Assembly (NCBI GenBank): GCA_964016885.1 | Contig: OZ024744.1 | Coordinates: forward strand, 136,338,001 to 136,402,000 | From: Eledone cirrhosa | Lineage: Eukaryota | Direction of reading: 5' to 3' | DNA: 64,000 nt | Translations under genes and position numbers: made by a program | Notes under the pieces: generated by a model | What the model saw: only the letters and a program-made list of their open reading frames with translations | Databases searched by the model: none | Told to the model about the DNA's origin: nothing | Part shown: piece after piece, positions 62,101-64,000 of the stretch | How the letters are laid out: each line of letters starts with the position of its first letter | Position numbering within the stretch: the stretch's first letter is position 1

Positions 62101-64000
62101 TGTAGTGTACGGGAGAGGAGACAGGTGGTATGAACATGTGATGAGTTGAGAGAGAAACTGTGTCTGAGAGGGATAGAATGTAGTGTGCGAGAGAGGAGAC
62201 TGAGGTGGTATGGACATGTGATGAGTTGAGAGAGAAACTGTGTCTGAGAGAGATAGAATGTAGTGTGTGAGAGAAGAGACTGAGGTGGTATGGACATGTG
62301 ATGTGTTGAGAGAGAAACTGTGTCTGAGAGAGATAGAATGTAGTGTGTGAGAGGGGTGACTGAGGTGGTATGGACATGTGATGAGTTGAGAGAGAAACTG
62401 TCTGAGAGGGATAGAATGTAGTGTGCGAGAGAGGAGACTGAGGTGGTATGGACATGTGAAGTGTTGAGAGAGAAACTGTGTCTGAGAGAGATAGAATGTA
62501 GTGTGTGAGAGAGGAGACTGAGGTGGTATGGACATGTGATGTGTTGTGAGAGAAACTGTGTCTGAGAGAGATAGAATGTAGTGTGTGAGAGGGGAGACTG
62601 AGGTGGTATAGACATGTGATGAGTTGAGAGAGAAACTGTGACTGAGAGGGATAGAATGTGGTGTGCGAGAGAGGAGACTGAGGTGGTATGGACATGTGAT
62701 GTGTTGAGAGAGAAACCGTGTCTGTGAGGGATAGAATGTAGTGTGCGAGAGAGGAGACTGAGGTGCTATGGACATGTGATGTGTCGAGAGAGAGACTGTG
62801 TTTGAGAGGGATATAATGTAGTGTGCGAGAGAGGAGACTGAGGTGGTATGGACATGTGATGTGTTGAGAGAGAAACTGTGTCTGAGAGGGATATAATGTA
62901 GTGTGCGAGAGAGGAGACTGAGGTGGTATGGACATGTGATGTGTTGAGAGAGAAACTGTGTCTGAGAGGGATAGAATGTAGTGTGCGAGAGAGGAGACTG
63001 AGGTGGTATGGACATGTGATGAGTTGAGAGAGAAACTGTCTGAGAGGGATAGAATGTAGTGTGCGAGAGAGGAGACTGAGGTGGTATGGACATGTGATGT
63101 GTTGAGAGAGAAACTGTGTCTGAGAGGGATAGAATGTAGTGTGCGAGAGAGGAGACTGAGGTGGTATGGACATGTGATGACTTGAGAGAGAAACTGTCTG
63201 AGAGGGATAGAATGTAGTGTGCGAGAGGGGAGACTGAGGTAGTATAGACATGTGATGAATTGAGAGAGAAACTGTGTCTGAGAGGGATAGAATGTAGTGT
63301 ACGGGAGAGGAGACAGGTGGTATGAACATGTGATGAGTTGAGAGAGAAACTGTGTCTGAGAGGGATAGAATGTAGTGTGCGAGAGAGGAGACTGAGGTGG
63401 TATGGACATGTGATGAGTTGAGAGAGAAACTGTGTCTGAGAGAGATAGAATGTAGTGTGTGAGAGAGGAGACTGAGGTGGTATGGACATGTGATGTGTTG
63501 AGAGAGAAACTGTGTCTGAGAGGGATAGAATGTAGTGTGTGAGAGAAGAGACTGAGGTGGTATGGACATGTGATGTGTTGAGAGAGAAACTGTGTCTGAG
63601 AGAGATAGAATGTAGTGTGTGAGAGGGGAGACTGAGGTGGTATGGACATGTGATGAGTTGAGAGAGAAACTGTCTGAGAGGGATAGAATGTAGTGTGCGA
63701 GAGAGGAGACTGAGGTGGTATGGACATGTGAAGTGTTGAGAGAGAAACTGTGTCTGAGAGAGATAGAATGTAGTGTGTGAGAGAGGAGACTGAGGTGGTA
63801 TAGACATGTGATGAGTTGAGAGAGAAACTGTGACTGAGAGGGATAGAATGTGGTGTGCGAGAGAGGAGACTGAGGTGGTATGGACATGTGATGTGTTGAG
63901 AGAGAAACCGTGTCTGTGAGGGATAGAATGTAGTGTGCGAGAGAGGAGACTGAGGTGCTATGGACATGTGATGTGTCGAGAGAGAGACTGTGTCTGAGAG
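50101..64000. repeat. 80-bp satellite DNA array (right block, ~175 monomers)
   Basis: Same monomer and orientation. It resumes at TGTAGT, exactly completing the GATAGAA|TGTAGT monomer broken at 46327, and runs off the window end. Confidence 0.99.
53650..58100. repeat. 2,233-bp higher-order duplication
   Basis: Private variants GTACTTTGTGAGTGGGG (~54875/57108), TCTAAGA (55495/57728) and GACTGGTGG recur at offset 2233. Boundaries are approximate. Confidence 0.85.

Noticed and set aside
461-63967. Giant minus-strand ORFs (up to 4633 aa)
   Set aside because: They overlap in all three frames, cycle through the same three peptides, and tolerate frameshifting indels. They are an artefact of a stop-free 80-bp repeat.
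1-64000. CRISPR array interpretation of the 80-bp periodicity
   Set aside because: There are no unique spacers, the whole unit is repeated, no cas genes are present, and the context looks eukaryotic.
1-64000. Telomeric repeat array
   Set aside because: The strand is G-rich, but there is no short TTAGGG-like unit. Chromosomal position cannot be determined from this window.

Overview
Eukaryotic, gene-free satellite DNA. About 94% of the window is a head-to-tail array of an 80-bp purine-rich monomer (roughly 750 copies; 1-46327 and 50101-64000) with nested kilobase-scale tandem duplications. The monomer reads on the + strand as DELREKLCLRGIECSVRERRLRWYGHVM. This resembles the RxRRLRW[FY]GHVxR motif found downstream of the RT domain in RTE-clade LINEs, so the satellite probably arose from an internal retrotransposon coding fragment. 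The array is interrupted once, with no target-site duplication and no loss of satellite sequence, by a 3773-bp non-autonomous Helitron-like element (46328-50100). On the minus strand it reads A|TC...CTAG|T, and it also has a 13-bp subterminal inverted repeat plus a terminal stem-loop of the Helentron/HINE type. It carries a 231-bp-arm fold-back at one end, a duplicated ~270-bp terminal module at the other, two internal minisatellites, and an ORF remnant with a 2A-like (GCVELNPGP) motif. The huge minus-strand ORFs in the track are repeat artefacts. No intact protein-coding gene, RNA gene or CRISPR array is supported.
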